Below, in pieces: positions 1-9,391 of a stretch of 32,000 nucleotides of DNA. The stretch is taken from contig NZ_CP006867.1 of assembly GCF_001481685.1 (NCBI RefSeq), forward strand, positions 180,001 through 212,000, in the 5' to 3' direction. Source of the DNA: Ignicoccus islandicus DSM 13165 (lineage in GTDB: Archaea > Thermoproteota > Thermoprotei_A > Sulfolobales > Ignicoccaceae). The position numbers were made by a program, and so were the translations under genes. The notes under the pieces are model-generated. The model ran no database searches, was not told the origin of the DNA, and worked only from the letters and a program-made list of their open reading frames with translations. How positions within the stretch are numbered: position 1 is the stretch's first letter; each line of letters begins with the position of its first letter.

Positions 1-28
1 CTGATTTTTACTTCCACCGGAATGGGAC

Positions 29-274
29 ATGGAAGAGGTAGATCTTCTATTCATAGAAGGTCTGGCATTAAACGGATTAGTTGAAGACGCTAAAGTGATA
101 GAAGAAGGTGGTAAGGCCAGGCTGTGGGTAAGAACTATTGATGGGAAAGAGTACGTAAGCAAGAGGGACGATCCGGGAAGCGTTAGGAAATCCTACTTCT
201 TAGTTAGAGTTTATAGTCAGTGGGGTAAACTAATAAATCAGCCGATGAAGAGTGGTATTACCAGTGATCGATGA
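29..274 (+). CDS. small hypothetical protein (81 aa)
   Basis: ORF with an in-frame stop just upstream (TGA at 2-4). No family recognised. Confidence 0.5.
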   Translation: MEEVDLLFIEGLALNGLVEDAKVIEEGGKARLWVRTIDGKEYVSKRDDPGSVRKSYFLVRVYSQWGKLINQPMKSGITSDR

Positions 275-297
275 GCAGTGCCCCTCCCCTGAGGGAT

Positions 298-309
298 CTT
301 CTTTTTATT
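298..309 (+). promoter_or_regulatory. T-rich tract (CTTCTTTTTATT) serving as possible terminator of the upstream gene and/or TATA region for the mutase gene
   Basis: Lies ~35-40 nt upstream of the TTG start at 343, preceded by a short TCCC-CTGA-GGGA hairpin at 285-296. Confidence 0.35.
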
Positions 310-342
310 AATCTAAACAATTAGAGAGAAACGGTAGGAAGC

Positions 343-1716
343 TTGGGAAGGCTCTTCGGTACAGATGGGGTCCGCGGAATAGTAAATGAGAGCATGACCC
401 CGGAATTGGCTATGAAAGTTGCTCAAGCCACGTGTACGTGGTTCGGAAAGGGCAAGGTTCTGGTAGGCAGGGACGTAAGGTATGGTGGAGACATGTTAGT
501 TAACGCAGTAAGCGCCGGGCTATTGTCGGCCGGATGCGAAGTTTACTACGCGGGCTTAGTCCCTACGCCCGCTTTACAATACGCTGTTCCGAGACTTGGG
601 TACGATTTGGGAATAATGGTCACTGCTTCTCACAACCCACCTCCATACAACGGGGTTAAGGTAATAGGAAGTAATGGAGTCGAACTCCCTAGGGAATCTG
701 AAAGAGAGATAGAGGAAATATTCTTCAATGAAAGATTCGTTCGCGTACCATTCAACCTAGTTAAGGGATGGAAGGAAGAAAAGAGGGTCTTGGAGACTTA
801 CGTAAAGGGAATACTTAAAGAGGTAGACGATAGTCTGATTAAGAAGAAGGAGTTCAAGGTCGTAGTAGACGGAGCCAATAGCGTGGGATCCCTCGCGACT
901 CCGGTCGTCTTGAGGGCCCTGGGCGTCAAAGTATTGTGCGTTAACTGTAACTTGGACCCATCGTTTCCAGGTAGGGAACCAGAGCCTACACCTACTTCCT
1001 TAACCGACACCTCAGCTATGGCCGTCGCCGCTGGAGCCGACTTGATAGTGGCTCACGACGCCGATGCCGATAGGGCAATCATAGGGGACGACAGAGGCGA
1101 AATTTACTGGGGAGATAGGAGCGGTTCTTTACTAACCTACTTCTTATCAAGAAAGTACCCCCACTTGCCTAGGAGGACGTTCACTGGGGTATCTTCGTCC
1201 CACTTCGTCGTGGAGGGATTCCTAAAGGAGAAAGGAATTGAAGTTAGGTGGACGCCCGTAGGCAGCGTCGTGATTTCACATACCCTAATAAAAGAAGGGG
1301 GCATTAGTGGATTCGAGGAAAACGGAGGTTTCATCAACCCCGTTCACCACCCCGTTAGAGACGGCGCAATGACTGCCGCTTCGTTCCTAGAGATGATGGC
1401 AATTGAAGGCAAGAAGGCGTCCGAGCTCTTCTCGGAACTACCTAAAGCGTACGCTAAGAAAGGCAAGGTACCTAGGCCTGAGAAGTTGAACCTAGAGAAG
1501 CTTTACGAAGAGCTGTCGTCAACTTACAGTAGTTGCGAGCAGTGGAGAATAGACGGCCTCAAGGTGGTTTGCGAAGACTTCTGGTTCCTAGTGAGGCCAT
1601 CTGGTACAGAGCCCGTATTGAGGATAATGGTAGAGACTAGGGATCCGAGAACGCTCGATGAGACGTATAGGAACGTTGAGGCTACTGTCTTGAAGTACCT
1701 CCAAGGGACTCCCTGA
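343..1716 (+). CDS. glmM: phosphoglucosamine/phosphomannomutase family protein
   Basis: N-terminal GRLFGTDGVRGIVN, active-site TASHNPPPYNG, metal loop DADADRA, C-terminal RPSGTEPVLRIMVE. TTG start. The exact substrate cannot be assigned from sequence. Confidence 0.9.
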   Translation: MGRLFGTDGVRGIVNESMTPELAMKVAQATCTWFGKGKVLVGRDVRYGGDMLVNAVSAGLLSAGCEVYYAGLVPTPALQYAVPRLGYDLGIMVTASHNPPPYNGVKVIGSNGVELPRESEREIEEIFFNERFVRVPFNLVKGWKEEKRVLETYVKGILKEVDDSLIKKKEFKVVVDGANSVGSLATPVVLRALGVKVLCVNCNLDPSFPGREPEPTPTSLTDTSAMAVAAGADLIVAHDADADRAIIGDDRGEIYWGDRSGSLLTYFLSRKYPHLPRRTFTGVSSSHFVVEGFLKEKGIEVRWTPVGSVVISHTLIKEGGISGFEENGGFINPVHHPVRDGAMTAASFLEMMAIEGKKASELFSELPKAYAKKGKVPRPEKLNLEKLYEELSSTYSSCEQWRIDGLKVVCEDFWFLVRPSGTEPVLRIMVETRDPRTLDETYRNVEATVLKYLQGTP

Positions 1717-2038
1717 AGTAAGCCCCACCGCAGAGAGGTATGCCGTAGGTCTTCTTCCTAGTTTTCAAACACAATCCGGTTGTCTTCGAATAGTATAAGC
1801 ATTTTTCGCACCCGCCCTTGCTCACGAGCTCTATTAATTGCTTCAGTTTCTCAATGCACCAGTCCAATTTCTCCAAGACAGACTTAAGTAGCGGCGCTAC
1901 TAAGCAACACTGAGTACCCTTAGAGCACTCCTTGACGCTTTTCTTGAAAACGCCCTCTAGATCCTTCCTAAGGCTTTCAATTTGGGTTACAATGAATTCC
2001 AGTATTTCTACGGGCTTTTCGCTGTTACCTATTTTCAA
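1682..2038 (-). CDS. cysteine-containing hypothetical protein; open frame continues upstream to about 2250
   Basis: ORF with coding-like composition and several Cys (CCLV, CEKCLYY). Its 3' end overlaps the mutase gene by 35 bp. Confidence 0.5.
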   Translation of the reverse strand: MKIGNSEKPVEILEFIVTQIESLRKDLEGVFKKSVKECSKGTQCCLVAPLLKSVLEKLDWCIEKLKQLIELVSKGGCEKCLYYSKTTGLCLKTRKKTYGIPLCGGAYFRESLGGTSRQ

Positions 2039-2404
2039 GCCCTTCTCTAGGTCTGTTTGTAGCGTTAGTACTTCGTTAATTACTTCATTAAGAGTTAACG
2101 TTAGCTTCTCCAGTTCCTTTAAGTACGGGCAGTGACCGGCCTTTATAGCGACAGTGATCTCGAGGTCGGTCTCAGTGCATTTTTCACTTAATTCATCGAA
2201 AACGTTGACGCTGTTCTTGGTCGCCTTTATCTTACTTCCCCTATCCCCGCAAATGTAGACTACTTATGTTTTTAACATTAACGTTTAACACCCAGACTAA
2301 TTTTTCCAGATTTAAAACTGGACTTCCGTAGCGGAATACGCGAGGCATAGCGACGCCCCTTCTTAATAAAACAACTCTAGTATCCCCTTCCCGGGTGATT
2401 CCTA

Positions 2405-2635
2405 ATGGCGAAGGTAAAGGTAGGAGTTGTTGTATATAAGGAGAGCGACGAGGAAGGGACCTATTACTTGGCCGTAGAGCCATTGAGCGGTGCGCAAGCT
2501 CAAGGCGAAAGCGTTGAGGAAGCGATCCGAAAGGTAAAGGAAGAGATAGTTAAGATGGGCAGTGCATGGTGTGAATCTGAACTTAAGGAGGCTGTGGACG
2601 CTAGAGTAATTGAAGTAGAGCTCCCAGAGGAATGA
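2405..2635 (+). CDS. small HicB-like-fold protein (76 aa)
   Basis: Beta-strand-rich N-terminus followed by GAQAQGESVEEAIRKVKEEI, resembling the HicB pattern (G-x-x-A-x-G-x-S/T-x-EEA). Six nt upstream of the radical SAM gene. Confidence 0.6.
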   Translation: MAKVKVGVVVYKESDEEGTYYLAVEPLSGAQAQGESVEEAIRKVKEEIVKMGSAWCESELKEAVDARVIEVELPEE

Positions 2636-2641
2636 GGACCA

Positions 2642-3688
2642 TTGCTTTGGATGCCTCACGCGACTTCCAAGTGTAACCTTTCTTGTAAGTACTGCGGGGG
2701 GTCGTGGCCACCCGACCTCATGCCCCCATATCCCACCTATGAGGTCAGCGACTTAAGGAGGTACTTGGAAGCTGTAGATAGAGATCCTAAAATAGTATTC
2801 TATGGAGGTGAACCGTTACTAAACCCGAAATTCATCATTGAGGTTATGGACGAAATTGAGGCGACCTACGGTATCCAAACTAACGCGACCTTACACCACC
2901 TACTTCCTCCTAGGTATTGGGCGAGGTTCCACGCTGTTCTCATATCCGTAGATGGTCCGGAGGAATTCAATGACTCTAGGAGAGGGAAAGGTACGTACAA
3001 GAAGGCCATCGAACTTCTCAACAAAGTTAAGGGGCTTGGAGTTGAGAGAATAATAGCTAGGATGGCGGTTGATGCGGAAAGCGATATCTATAGGGACGTA
3101 AGCCACTTACTCCAGAAGTTTCCATACGTTCATTGGCAGCTGTCGGTAGATTGGGTAGACGAATGGGACCTAATCGGTTGGGCTAGGAGTAGCTACCTTC
3201 CGGGAATAAGGAGGTTAGCGGAGGAATTCGTCAAGACCTACGAGGAAACGGGAGAAGTGTTGGGTATAATTCCGTTCATCGCAATATTAAAGGCTCACAA
3301 GGAGCCTTGGGAAGGAGTTCCTTGCGGAGCGGGGTATTCAGCTTACTCTATATTGACTGATGGTACTATTACTGCTTGCCCGATTGCCGTGAAGGAGAAG
3401 TGGGCGAGGGTCGGCAACATATTCTCAATGGAACCACCTAAGGTAGTGAAGCCGGAAGTAAGCGAGTGTAACGGATGCAAATATAGGAGTTATTGCGGAG
3501 GTAGGTGTTTGTACTGGTTGATGGAGAGGTATTGGGGAAACGAAGGCTTCGCGAAAATATGCTTGGTTACTAAGAGATTCATTGAAACGTTCCTTGAAGT
3601 AGTAGGTCCCCTCATAGACAAGATGAGTTCCGAGAAAGTCGTTTTAGAGTACGACCCTACCAAGGACTCTACCGAAGCAATACCCTAG
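2642..3688 (+). CDS. radical SAM/SPASM protein, resembling the AF1577-type putative peptide-modifying family
   Basis: CNLSCKYCGG (CxxxCxxC), FYGGEPLL, IQTN, SVDG, VHWQL and C-terminal SPASM-like CNGCKYRSYCGGRC. Start is TTG 2642 or ATG 2651. Confidence 0.85.
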   Translation: MLWMPHATSKCNLSCKYCGGSWPPDLMPPYPTYEVSDLRRYLEAVDRDPKIVFYGGEPLLNPKFIIEVMDEIEATYGIQTNATLHHLLPPRYWARFHAVLISVDGPEEFNDSRRGKGTYKKAIELLNKVKGLGVERIIARMAVDAESDIYRDVSHLLQKFPYVHWQLSVDWVDEWDLIGWARSSYLPGIRRLAEEFVKTYEETGEVLGIIPFIAILKAHKEPWEGVPCGAGYSAYSILTDGTITACPIAVKEKWARVGNIFSMEPPKVVKPEVSECNGCKYRSYCGGRCLYWLMERYWGNEGFAKICLVTKRFIETFLEVVGPLIDKMSSEKVVLEYDPTKDSTEAIP

Positions 3689-3746
3689 AGATTGAATGAG
3701 AAGTTCTATAAAGTCTCCGGAGGAGTAGGGCACTGGGAATCAAGCA

Positions 3747-4034
3747 ATGCCGAGAAAGAGCGAGGAACCAGTAACTGGTCCCGAAAACCCTCTAAAGCAC
3801 TTGAGGGCTGCTGTAGGCAACTTGGTCCTAGTGAAGCTAAAGGACGGCAGCGAGTACGTTGGACAACTAGAACTAGCCGACAACACGATGAATTTAATAT
3901 TGAAAGACTGCGAAGAGCTCTCGCCAGAGACAGGTGAGACCATAGCTAAGTACGATAGAATATTGATCAGAGGAAGTTACGTAGTCTACGTCAGTTTAGA
4001 TTACTTGAGAGCTAAAATGAAGGAGGGTAAGTAG
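3747..4034 (+). CDS. archaeal Sm-like (LSm) protein
   Basis: Sm1 VLVKLKDGSEYVGQLELADNTMNLILKD and Sm2-like YDRILIRGSYVVYVSL. Confidence 0.9.
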   Translation: MPRKSEEPVTGPENPLKHLRAAVGNLVLVKLKDGSEYVGQLELADNTMNLILKDCEELSPETGETIAKYDRILIRGSYVVYVSLDYLRAKMKEGK

Positions 4035-4036
4035 AA

Positions 4037-5242
4037 ATGAAGAACGTAGTAGTTTCTAGGCTACAGCTACCTTTACAAGACGAAATAGACACCGAAATAG
4101 TAGAGAGGAAGGGCACCGGACACCCCGACTACATTTCCGATGCTGTATCTGAAGAAGCGAGTAGGCAATTGTCGCTTTACTACCTCAAGGAATTCGGACA
4201 CGTATTGCACCACAATCTCGATAAGACGCTCCTAGTGGGAGGTCAAGCCAATCCGAGGTTCGGCGGAGGAGAGGTTCTCCATCCCATATATATCATAATT
4301 TCCGGTAGGGCAATTACCGAGGTTAATACTGAAGACGGTAAGGTACTAGTACCTGTGGGAACCATAGTAATAGAGGCAGCTAAGAGGTGGTTAAGGGAGA
4401 ACTTACCTCATCTAGACACTGATAAGGACGTAGTAGTAGACTATAAGATTGGTAGGGGATCTGCAGACCTAGTAGGCGTATTCGAACTAGGTAAAACTGT
4501 CCCACTGGCGAACGATACTTCCGTAGGCGTTGGATACGCCCCATTTAGTACTTTAGAGAAAGTAGTGTACAACGTAGAGAGGAAACTCAACTCTAAGGAG
4601 ACGAAGAGCAAGATAAAGGCCCTAGGAGAAGACATAAAGGTAATGGGACTTAGACTAGGCAACAAAATAAAGCTAACCGTTGCTGCCGCCATAGTTAGCT
4701 CGGAAGTTAGGGACGCTGGGGAATACATGGCAGTGAAGGAGGAGGTAAAGGAAGTTGTTGAAGGCGTCGCGAGAGAGTTCGCTCCCAACCACGATATAGA
4801 GGTTTACGTAAATACAGCGGACGAACCGAGCAAGGGAATATACTACATAACCGTTACTGGAACCAGCTCCGAACAAGGCGACGATGGAATGACCGGGAGA
4901 GGAAACAGGGTAAACGGTCTCATTACGCCCATGAGGCCAATGAGCATGGAAGCAGCCGCTGGGAAGAACCCAGTCAGTCACGTAGGTAAGCTATACAACG
5001 TTATGGCTAACCGCATAGCCCAGAAGGTGGTTGAAGAAGTTCCTGAAAGCAAGGAGGTGTACGTCGAACTGTTAAGCCAAATAGGTAGGCCGATAACGGA
5101 TCCGTTAGTGGCTACGATAAGAGTTAAGGGAGAGCTCACTCCAACGCTTGAAAAGAGAGTCAAAGAGATAGTAGACGAAATGCTGGATACGATACCGCAG
5201 TTAACGAAGGAAATAATAGAGGGTAAGGTCCAACTCTTCTAA
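4037..5242 (+). CDS. mat: archaeal-type methionine adenosyltransferase
   Basis: [79 protein letters not shown] are characteristic of archaeal AdoMet synthetase. Confidence 0.96.
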   Translation: MKNVVVSRLQLPLQDEIDTEIVERKGTGHPDYISDAVSEEASRQLSLYYLKEFGHVLHHNLDKTLLVGGQANPRFGGGEVLHPIYIIISGRAITEVNTEDGKVLVPVGTIVIEAAKRWLRENLPHLDTDKDVVVDYKIGRGSADLVGVFELGKTVPLANDTSVGVGYAPFSTLEKVVYNVERKLNSKETKSKIKALGEDIKVMGLRLGNKIKLTVAAAIVSSEVRDAGEYMAVKEEVKEVVEGVAREFAPNHDIEVYVNTADEPSKGIYYITVTGTSSEQGDDGMTGRGNRVNGLITPMRPMSMEAAAGKNPVSHVGKLYNVMANRIAQKVVEEVPESKEVYVELLSQIGRPITDPLVATIRVKGELTPTLEKRVKEIVDEMLDTIPQLTKEIIEGKVQLF

Positions 5243-5295
5243 ATATCCCCCATATCAAACTTATATTCCATAAATGAGTAAAATTAAACGAGAAC

Positions 5296-5775
5296 ATGAG
5301 AGGTCAAGTGGAGTTAGTTGCTTACTTAGCTCTAGCTTTGGCAATGCTATCCATACTAACTTCCTACTACTTCTACAGCTCTCTTAAGAGCGAAGTAGAA
5401 GCGGTTCAGCAAGCGTCTAAAATTGCAATGAAGGCTTCCGAACCCCACTTGACGACTCAAAGAATCGAAAACGTGGTTTGCTTGAGTAGCGGCGGGGACA
5501 TAGAGTTCCTTTTAAGCAACCCTACTGAAAAGGAATTGAACTTAACGTTAGTTCTCGTGGCTCCAGTAGGTATAACACTGAAGTACGACAATCTCCAGGT
5601 CTCCGGGCCCTCTCCCCTAGAGGTAACGGAGTCCGTCCCGCCTAACTCCTCCGCTGTTTTGGAAGTTAAAGTGTTGGCCTCAAAGGAGGGAACCTACTTC
5701 CTATTGGGCAAGGCAATATACGGTGGAAAAGAGACTTCCATTCAGTATCCGTTCATATTCTATAAATGTAGGTAA
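5296..5775 (+). CDS. membrane-anchored/pilin-like hypothetical protein
   Basis: Short MRGQ N-terminus followed by hydrophobic helix VELVAYLALALAMLSIL and a beta-rich domain. Confidence 0.65.
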   Translation: MRGQVELVAYLALALAMLSILTSYYFYSSLKSEVEAVQQASKIAMKASEPHLTTQRIENVVCLSSGGDIEFLLSNPTEKELNLTLVLVAPVGITLKYDNLQVSGPSPLEVTESVPPNSSAVLEVKVLASKEGTYFLLGKAIYGGKETSIQYPFIFYKCR

Positions 5776-5777
5776 TT

Positions 5778-7607
5778 TTGCCCCAACAATTAATCCCCTT
5801 TTTAGTAACGCTATTCCTAGGAACTACCTCAATGCTTCGACCATGGCAAGAGACGTTCGTTAAGGAAAGCCTAAGGGAAATCTCTTCGAAGGAATCCGTT
5901 GTGATAGCTATAGAGTCTCCAACTGGAAGCGGAAAAACGCTCACTGCCCTAAAGATCCTCGAGAGATCCCTGATCGAGGGATACGCGAAGAAGGGTTACT
6001 TCTTAGTAAGGACATCTACCCAAGTAATTCCACCAATAAGAGACGCAGAGAAGTTCGAACTAAAGCTACAGCTCATGCCCTTAGTTGGAAAAGAGAAGAG
6101 CTGTCCGTTAGGTTCTAGCATAGTTAACATGTGCAAGGAGTGTCCATGGAGAGACAGGATAGCGGGCCCTCCAGTTAGTTGGACCAAGGTTTTCGAATGG
6201 ATAGAGTCCACTAAGCGTTCAAATAAATGTCCTTATATGAGTATGAGAAGACTCATAGACAATTACGACGTAGTAGTAATGCCTTACGCTTACTTAACCC
6301 CATCTATTGCGAACGCAATGAAGTTCGAGGTGAAGGACTCCATATTGGTCTTTGACGAAGCACACAACGTATTCAACTTCATGAGGGAAGAGGAAATAGA
6401 AGTAACTTCAGTTAAGAAGTTGATATCGAAGCTACCTAACTTCCTTAGGTACGTACATGAGAGAATGGGCGTTCACATAGACTCCGAAAGCTTGATCGAG
6501 GTGATGAAATCGTTGAAGAGAATGCTAAAGGAATTGGAGGCTTACCAAGCGATTTCCGGAAAGAGCGTTAGAGTGAGGGAAATAAAGGACTCAATCGGTC
6601 CGGAAATCTCGCTCCTAAGGAAGGACTTGGAATCCATTGTTAGCCTACTGGCTTTCAATTCCGATCCCAAGTACGATATCGGCGAAAAGGTGCTGTCCAT
6701 TATCAAGGCATTGGAGCTATTAAGGGAAAGAGACACAATGGCGTATTACGAGAGAGGGGTGCTAAAGATAAAGGAATTGAGGCCATGGATCTCGAAATAC
6801 GTGGACAGAGTTAGGGGAATAATATTATTAAGCGGGACGATGCCCTCGAAGGAATTCTTGGAAAGGGCCATTGGAAGGGTCGATCTATATCTTTCCCTAT
6901 TCGAAATGAAGTCTGAACTGGAAGAGTACTTTAAGCTTTATAGACCAGAGAACGTTGAGGTAATTATAGTAACTGATTACACCAGTAAGTACAAAGTTAG
7001 GTACGATCTCTCGATGATTAAAGCCAGGGAAATGGTAGAGGAGGCGACGTTCCGCCTGGTAGACTTGCTCAACGGCATCGGGCTTCTTGTATACCCATCT
7101 TTTTCCATGCTCAAAGCGGTTAAAAGCGACTTGTTAGTTACTTCGAAGAAGACCGGCGTCCCGCTGGTGTTCAACGAGAGAGGCAGAGGTAGTGAGGTCT
7201 TAAATAGGGCAAAGGCTTTGGGCAAGTGCGTGATAGCTGCAGTAGCTAGGGACCAGTTAACTGAAGGCATTGAGATAACCGAGAACGGTAGGAGTTTAAT
7301 AAAGGTTGTGAGCGTAATAGGGGCGCCTTATCCACTACCATCACCCTTCTTGGAGGACGTGGCCAAGGCTTTAGGAGATAAGGACGGAAGCGTTTTATGG
7401 AAATTGTATGAGGAAGAGATGCTCATGAGAGTCAAGCAAGCAATAGGGAGACTCGTTAGGAATCCGGAGGACAAGGGAATCGTTATCCTTGCGGACAACA
7501 GGTTCTCTAACTTTAAAAACGAGCTTGGGAAATACAGGAAACTACACGAAGTTACCGCTTCGCAGTTATTACAAGCCGTTCGTTCAGAGACCTCACGGCG
7601 GCGTTAG
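5778..7607 (+). CDS. xpd: XPD/Rad3 family DNA helicase
   Basis: SPTGSGKT, DEAH (LVFDEAHNVFNF), FeS-domain cysteines (CPLGSSIVNMCKECPW), QAIGRLVRNPEDKG. Listed TTG start, but ATG 5832 (MLRPWQETF) is plausible. Confidence 0.93.
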   Translation: MPQQLIPFLVTLFLGTTSMLRPWQETFVKESLREISSKESVVIAIESPTGSGKTLTALKILERSLIEGYAKKGYFLVRTSTQVIPPIRDAEKFELKLQLMPLVGKEKSCPLGSSIVNMCKECPWRDRIAGPPVSWTKVFEWIESTKRSNKCPYMSMRRLIDNYDVVVMPYAYLTPSIANAMKFEVKDSILVFDEAHNVFNFMREEEIEVTSVKKLISKLPNFLRYVHERMGVHIDSESLIEVMKSLKRMLKELEAYQAISGKSVRVREIKDSIGPEISLLRKDLESIVSLLAFNSDPKYDIGEKVLSIIKALELLRERDTMAYYERGVLKIKELRPWISKYVDRVRGIILLSGTMPSKEFLERAIGRVDLYLSLFEMKSELEEYFKLYRPENVEVIIVTDYTSKYKVRYDLSMIKAREMVEEATFRLVDLLNGIGLLVYPSFSMLKAVKSDLLVTSKKTGVPLVFNERGRGSEVLNRAKALGKCVIAAVARDQLTEGIEITENGRSLIKVVSVIGAPYPLPSPFLEDVAKALGDKDGSVLWKLYEEEMLMRVKQAIGRLVRNPEDKGIVILADNRFSNFKNELGKYRKLHEVTASQLLQAVRSETSRRR

Positions 7608-8246
7608 CTTGGAAGCTAAGTCCTCGGCTTCCCTTAGCAAGCTTTCGATTTCGTTCCAGTTAGAGGCCCTCTTGACTCCTCTAACTTCGATCTTAACCAA
7701 GTACTCGCCCTTCTCTTCTTCGATGTAACCTTCGAGTTTCTCTGATTCGAAAACAACTCTATCGCCAGATATCTTCACCTCCACGTCCTTTAGGACGGAT
7801 TCTATTCTCTTTTTCAGGCTTTCCAGGTTGGTTATATCCTCGCTCTTTCCGCTCTTCACTTCCTCGAGAGCTTTCTCTATTGCTTTAACTATCTCTTCGT
7901 CGTCCTTATAGGCCTCTTTGGCCCTTTCAAGTATCTTTATTAATGCCGCTTCTGCTTCCGCTGCCTTAAATAGGCTTACTATTTCCTTCCATTCGGGCGA
8001 TTGGAAGAACTTAACTAAGTTCTTGGGATTGCCCATGAAGGCTGAGAAGTCGTATTTGTTCTCCGCAATTTCTAGCTTCTTTCTAATTTCAGTCAATATT
8101 TGAGCGGGGATATCGAATTCAATTAGAGTCGGGTTAACCACTTGTCTTAAGAAGTCCTTAACCATCTCTTTCACTCCCCAATTCTCTGGAGTTAAGCTAG
8201 GTTTTAATGTAGGGGCGAAGTAGTCGAAGATATAGAAGGCCTCCAA
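7593..8246 (-). CDS. hypothetical protein, Lys/Glu-rich (217 aa or a shorter start)
   Basis: Long coding-like frame. TTG at 8246 coincides with the divergent gene start, so a downstream start is likely. Overlaps the xpd 3' end. Confidence 0.65.
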   Translation of the reverse strand: MEAFYIFDYFAPTLKPSLTPENWGVKEMVKDFLRQVVNPTLIEFDIPAQILTEIRKKLEIAENKYDFSAFMGNPKNLVKFFQSPEWKEIVSLFKAAEAEAALIKILERAKEAYKDDEEIVKAIEKALEEVKSGKSEDITNLESLKKRIESVLKDVEVKISGDRVVFESEKLEGYIEEEKGEYLVKIEVRGVKRASNWNEIESLLREAEDLASKLTPP

Positions 8247-8923
8247 TGAGCATTGTAGTGGGCGAGAGAGTGACGTGGGAGAGAGCTAAGGAACCTTCCC
8301 TACAAATAGCTTTGGACTTTACTGATTTGGAAAGGGCGGTATGGGTAGCCTCCAAGGTGTACGATCTAGTAGACATACTAGAGGTCGGCACGCCTCTAAT
8401 AAAATCAGAAGGAATGAAAGCCGTTAAGGTACTGAAGGCCTTCAACAAACCTGTGTTCGCAGACACTAAAACGTGTGATACGGGAGGCTTGGAAGCCGAG
8501 CTCGCCTTCTCCAATGGGGCAGACGCGATGTCGGTAATGGCTTTCGCGGACGATCCAGTAATTTCGGAGGCAATAGAAGTTGCTAGGAACAATGGGAAGA
8601 AAGTAGTCGCGGACTTGATGTTCATCAAGGATCCAGTTGAAAGGGCAAAGAAGCTGAAGGAACTCGGCGTAGAGGTAGTGGAGTTACACGTAGGCATCTC
8701 GCAGCAGCTAAAGTACGGCAAGGGTGCTGAGGAGCTCGCCGAGCTCGCCTCAGAGATAAGGAAGCTGGGACTAAAGGTTGCAATAGCCGGCGGCTTGAAA
8801 CCCTCTACTATCCCGAAAGTCTTGGACAAGGCCGACGTGATAGTCGTAGGAGGTTACGTAACCAAGAGCGACGATCCTAGGAAAGCGGTAGTCGAAGTAC
8901 TTAAGGCGATGGGGCGACTATAA
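8246..8923 (+). CDS. hps: 3-hexulose-6-phosphate synthase (OMP decarboxylase superfamily)
   Basis: QIALDF, VDILEVGTPLIKSEG, VFADTKTCDTGGLEAELAF, GADAMSVMAFA, VELHVG, KVAIAGGL, ADVIVVGGYVTKSDDP. Confidence 0.88.
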   Translation: MSIVVGERVTWERAKEPSLQIALDFTDLERAVWVASKVYDLVDILEVGTPLIKSEGMKAVKVLKAFNKPVFADTKTCDTGGLEAELAFSNGADAMSVMAFADDPVISEAIEVARNNGKKVVADLMFIKDPVERAKKLKELGVEVVELHVGISQQLKYGKGAEELAELASEIRKLGLKVAIAGGLKPSTIPKVLDKADVIVVGGYVTKSDDPRKAVVEVLKAMGRL

Positions 8924-9155
8924 GTCCGCTTTTCATACCTATTGAGACGAATTCGTGGACTATCCTCTCGGCTTCGTCCCTGCTCATTCCGGTTAGAGCG
9001 ATAATTTGAGCCCTAACCTCCTCCACTGTAGCACCTTCCTTGAAAGCTTCCCATAATAGCAAGGCTCCGAGCCCCATCTCGAACTTCCTTTTTCCCTTCC
9101 GCAAGAGGGCTTTGTTTCCCTCCACTCGTATTACTTCACCTTCTGCTCTAAGCAT
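8901..9155 (-). CDS. PqqD-like (RiPP-recognition-element-like) small protein
   Basis: Pattern VEGNKALLRKGKRKFEMGLGALLLWEAFKEGATVEEVRAQI...GMKSGLI matches the PqqD-like layout of beta-hairpin plus winged helix. Similarity by eye only. Confidence 0.5.
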   Translation of the reverse strand: MLRAEGEVIRVEGNKALLRKGKRKFEMGLGALLLWEAFKEGATVEEVRAQIIALTGMSRDEAERIVHEFVSIGMKSGLIVAPSP

Positions 9156-9391
9156 GTAATTATCCCATATTATTAAGGTAGCATCTCATTATATAACTCT
9201 TTCCTGCAGGATAGGTTCACTAAATAATACTAAGATCATACAACTCCGGCTTTCAAGTCAGTGAAGGATTTCATACTTGAGGTCTAATGGATAGTTTAAA
9301 TTAAGCGCACCAACGATGATGCTAAATCCTAATTTTAACCATTTTAAGGTATATTGTGTGTGCTATTGTATATTACTAACTATATAGAAAT

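Noticed and set aside
798-1337. Antisense ORFs inside the mutase gene
   Set aside because: Shadow frames of a strongly supported gene; the same applies to - strand ORFs inside MAT, XPD, ATPase and helicase.
3692-3937. 81-aa + ORF upstream of and overlapping the Sm-like gene
   Set aside because: Out of frame with a clear LSm gene for most of its length, and low-quality composition.
8197-8829. 210-aa antisense ORF over the hexulose-phosphate synthase gene
   Set aside because: Ser/Thr-rich shadow translation; the + strand protein has diagnostic motifs.
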